From Mobula hypostoma (lineage: Eukaryota), in the NCBI RefSeq assembly GCF_963921235.1, contig NC_086097.1:61630001-61694000 (forward strand): 64,000 bases of DNA, given 5' to 3'. Positions 63,296 to 64,000 of the stretch are shown here, one piece after another. Every line of letters begins with the position of its first letter. Positions within the stretch are counted from its first letter, which is position 1. Position numbers and translations under genes: made by a program. The notes below the pieces were generated by a model that did no database searches, was not told the origin of the DNA, and saw only the letters and a program-made list of their open reading frames with translations.

Positions 63296-63787
63296 ATGAA
63301 GAGCTCTGTGCAAGTTTAATTTAGATTCCTTTGTGGTCATCTAAATCTACAAAGCAGATTATGTATCTTGATTTATTTTGTTTATCATATTGCTAAAATA
63401 TATAAACTCCTGATGTACTGCGTACTTTATACAGGCCCTTGTCTAATGGGGACACCAGAAGTTTAAATCCAACAAACACAACAGGATATTACAAGATAAA
63501 CACTAACTTGTTCTATCAGATGCTGCATGTAACTGACATATTTTCAATCACAGAAAATTTGAAACCTTCAAAGTGGAATGAATTGGATGACTGTTAGCTG
63601 CTGAGAAAAATAAAGTCAGCATAAATAATTCATTGGCGCTCTGATATGATTTGAATTCTAAGACCATAAGAGGAAGAGGTTAGGAAGTTCGACCTTGCTC
63701 AGAACTGGAGTGAGGGAACAGAGAAACAGTTCTGTGCATCAGTGCCTGATTGACTGAATCAGGTATGCCTTCTGGCCACTCATAGAA

Positions 63788-63884
63788 GCTACTGGAAGGC
63801 TATGGATTTGAAAGGGGCAGAGCTGTGGAGCTTGCTACAGGAAGGCTACGGATTTGAAAGGGGCACAGCTGTGGAGCTTGCTAC
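63788..63884 (+). repeat. 46-bp tandem duplication (2 copies plus 5 bp)
   Basis: 63788-63833 and 63834-63879 differ at 3 positions. Confidence 0.9.
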
Positions 63885-64000
63885 CTAGACAGGTGGGGAA
63901 AGTAAAAAGCCCTTGCACCAAAGGAGTGGATGATCTTTTTACTGTAAATAGTCACTGTATCCTGGGGGCTTAGAAACTTACCAGCTTTTCCTCTTGCTTA

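Overview
This is eukaryotic, CpG-depleted, AT-rich vertebrate genomic DNA. The repeat complement suggests a cartilaginous fish, probably a ray: dense CR1 LINEs, HE1/V-SINEs, Rex1/Babar and Penelope-like termini (inference). I can support no intact host protein-coding exon, RNA gene or CRISPR array. Nearly all listed ORFs are retroelement fragments, their antisense shadows or simple repeats. The window reads as intronic or intergenic DNA with several possible conserved non-coding blocks. It carries layers of CR1, Rex1/Babar, RTE, L1, sushi-type chromoviral Gypsy, a tRNA-Ser-primed Gypsy family, a solo LTR, Penelope-like elements (PLEs), Harbinger, Tigger, hAT MITEs and SINEs. Four signals stand out. 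(1) Minimal hammerhead-ribozyme motifs occur in two different PLE families. (2) Short fold-back PLE-terminus insertions have inversion junctions clustered at the ribozyme. (3) A 2.7-kb Penelope element has been hit four times, each with a visible target-site duplication (TSD). (4) A Gypsy insertion is bounded by two inverted LTRs and a single degenerate 5-bp TSD. All family names come from motif recognition by eye, with no database search, and boundaries of old copies are approximate.
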